Source: Candidatus Thalassarchaeaceae archaeon
Lineage (GTDB): Archaea > Thermoplasmatota > Poseidoniia > Poseidoniales > Thalassarchaeaceae
Reading direction: 5' to 3'
NCBI GenBank assembly: GCA_045568075.1
Contig: JBJLBP010000001.1
Location: forward strand, 1,050,001-1,082,000
Length of the DNA stretch: 32,000 nt
The notes beneath the pieces were generated by a model. It did no database searches. It was given only the letters and a program-made list of their open reading frames with translations, and had not been told where the DNA came from. Positions 30,892 to 32,000 of this stretch are shown piece by piece. The translations under genes and the position numbers were made by a program. Each line of letters starts with the position of its first letter. Position 1 is the first letter of the stretch.

Positions 30892-30947
30892 TGAAAGAAA
30901 GATGAGCATATTCACTACTGTCTGATGGGGTTTGGAGTTTATTTGTT

Positions 30948-31036
30948 AAAAAAATACCAATTTAAGGAAAAAAATATTCTAAATCAGCCATTTCAAAAAA
31001 AAATAGGCTCAGAGGACAATCATGACTAGTATGATT
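30948..31036 (-). terminator. hairpin plus three oligo-T runs downstream of the 31087 stop (archaeal-type terminator region)
   Basis: On the minus strand: stop at 31087, then hairpin AATCAT-ACTAGTC-ATGATT (31036..31018). After 14 nt comes T9 (31003..30995), then T7 (30974..30968) and T7 (30954..30948). Oligo-T tracts are the established archaeal termination signal. Confidence 0.6.
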
Positions 31037-31086
31037 CAGGAACGCTCATTCTAGCAAGGCCAGAATATTTCTGAGAGTAGTTCAGT

Positions 31087-32000
31087 TCAGAATCCAGGAG
31101 GTGGTGGTGGAATTTGTGAATCATCGTTGTCTGTATCGGGTTCACTACCAAACCCTGGTGGAGGAGGAGGCACTTCTGAATCGCTTGGTGCCATTACTTC
31201 TTCAAATCCAGGTGGTGCAGGTGGCACCTCCGATACCTCTTCGCTCTCAGCCTCAAATCCAGGGGGCGGAGGAGGGACTTCTTCCGAGTTGTCTTCGACC
31301 ACTTCATCCTCAAATCCAGGGGGCGGAGGAGGGACTTCTTCCGAGTTGTCTTCGACCACTTCATCCTCAAATCCAGGCGGTGCTGGAGGAATCTCAGAAT
31401 CTTCGCTTGGCTCATATTCTGCCCACGACTCAGTATCATCGTAGGATGAATACTGATCGTCGCCATAAGTTGCAGCCTCGTCATCCTTCTTGCGGACTAA
31501 CACGACCGCAGCCGTAGCTCCGATTGCAGCCAGAATCAGGATGAACACTAATGCCGTTAATCCCGGGTTGAGCTTCATGTGGTCGACAATAGATAGTGGG
31601 TGAGCATTGTCTCCAAGTCCGTCACTATTGCGATCTTCCCACTCAGTACCATCCTTAGGATAGACATCATTGACGTCAGGAACACCATCACCATCGTCGT
31701 CAGGATCGACGGCGTCACAGGTGCCATCTGCGTCTGTATCCAATGGCACTGAATTCGCAGATAGGCTGTCAGTACCGCACATTTGCTCTGCGTTGTCAGT
31801 CCAATCGTCGTTGTCGTCATCGATGTCAGCGTTGTTTCCTTGGCCGTCACCATCAGTGTCAGACCATTCATTTCCATTGAATGGGAATGCGTCGTCAACA
31901 TCTTGCACCTGATCGTTATCATCATCGATGTCGATGATGTCACAGAGCATATCCTGATCATTGTCCAGAGGGACACTGTTTGCATCAAGAGGATCTGAGC
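31087..32000 (-). CDS. 3' part of a third TSP3-repeat surface protein: TM anchor and 135-aa Pro-rich/acidic cytoplasmic tail (gene continues beyond the right edge)
   Basis: The track ORF is 31087..31950, but the frame is open to 32000 (SDPLDANSVPLDNDQD-MLCDIIDIDDDNDQVQD...). It has TSP3-like units, then NPGL-TALVFILILAAIGATAAVVLV-RKKDD (TM 31495..31560). The tail carries six [IV]PP[AP]PPGF motifs and ends exactly at ...IPPPPPGF-stop. Confidence 0.85.
   Translation of the reverse strand, partial: SDPLDANSVPLDNDQDMLCDIIDIDDDNDQVQDVDDAFPFNGNEWSDTDGDGQGNNADIDDDNDDWTDNAEQMCGTDSLSANSVPLDTDADGTCDAVDPDDDGDGVPDVNDVYPKDGTEWEDRNSDGLGDNAHPLSIVDHMKLNPGLTALVFILILAAIGATAAVVLVRKKDDEAATYGDDQYSSYDDTESWAEYEPSEDSEIPPAPPGFEDEVVEDNSEEVPPPPPGFEDEVVEDNSEEVPPPPPGFEAESEEVSEVPPAPPGFEEVMAPSDSEVPPPPPGFGSEPDTDNDDSQIPPPPPGF
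31254..31367 (-). repeat. perfect tandem duplication, 2 x 57 bp (19 aa: EVPPPPPGFEDEVVEDNSE)
   Basis: 31254..31310 is identical to 31311..31367 (caaatccagggggcggaggagggacttcttccgagttgtcttcgaccacttcatcct). A third copy diverges after 10 nt. Confidence 0.95.

Noticed and set aside
1623-31998. Dozens of plus-strand ORFs rich in Ser/Pro/Val or Arg/His/Cys (e.g. 1623..2390, 1970..2515, 4514..5029, 5709..6107, 7248..7634, 17228..23635 series, 25836..26591, 26910..27701, 31127..31444)
   Set aside because: They are antisense shadows of the GAC/GAT/GGT-rich minus-strand genes: antisense of Asp/Gly codons gives Val/Ile/Ser/Pro and no stops. They are low-complexity, have no start contexts, and lie entirely inside much longer, domain-bearing minus-strand ORFs.
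1-32000. Mobile elements, integrases, transposases, tRNA or rRNA genes
   Set aside because: No ORF shows transposase or integrase motifs. No terminal inverted repeats flank the island within the window. The three intergenic spacers contain no tRNA-like cloverleaf sequence that I could recognise.

Overview
Archaeal chromosomal window with every supported gene on the minus strand. The left edge holds the 5' part of an OPT-family peptide transporter (1..583, absent from the ORF track because it runs off the window) and translation factor aIF5A (678..1064, hypusine-site motif KPGKHG). The rest (1261..32000, about 31 kb) is one continuous island of very Asp-rich, repeat-built surface-protein genes. 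These combine thrombospondin type-3-like Ca-binding loops (DxDxDGxGDNxDxDDDGDG), cadherin-like, VCBS-like, He_PIG/dystroglycan-type Ig-like and PPC-like (DWY) modules, plus a recurrent module ending in YGDGG that I cannot name. The track cuts the island into more than ten overlapping ORFs. Only two N-terminal export signals exist (starts near 25260 and 30821), and only three C-terminal membrane anchors (ends at 1261, 25907, 31087). Recognisable domains also continue across every ORF junction in a shifted frame. I therefore read the island as two mega-genes, 25260->1261 (24,000 nt) and 30821->25907 (4,915 nt), plus the 3' part of a third (32000->31087). Several frame breaks map to single bases by comparison with sister repeats, often in short homopolymers. 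They are either recent inactivation or residual indel errors of a long-read assembly, and I cannot decide which from sequence alone. Two segments (6355..6697 and 7910..8340) are much more heavily scrambled and also contain in-frame stops. Other points: nested tandem arrays (15 x 315 bp, 7 x 324 bp, 2.5 x about 1.34 kb, and an 880-bp perfect duplication at 1,260-bp offset); a PGF-CTERM archaeosortase signal at the end of the largest gene; and a PGF-CTERM-like anchor in the neighbouring gene extended by a 135-aa cytoplasmic tail with six [IV]PP[AP]PPGF motifs. Similar GC-armed palindromes sit upstream of TATA-like boxes at both mega-gene starts. No rRNA, tRNA, CRISPR array or mobile element was found. 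All domain names come from motif recognition by eye; no searches were run.
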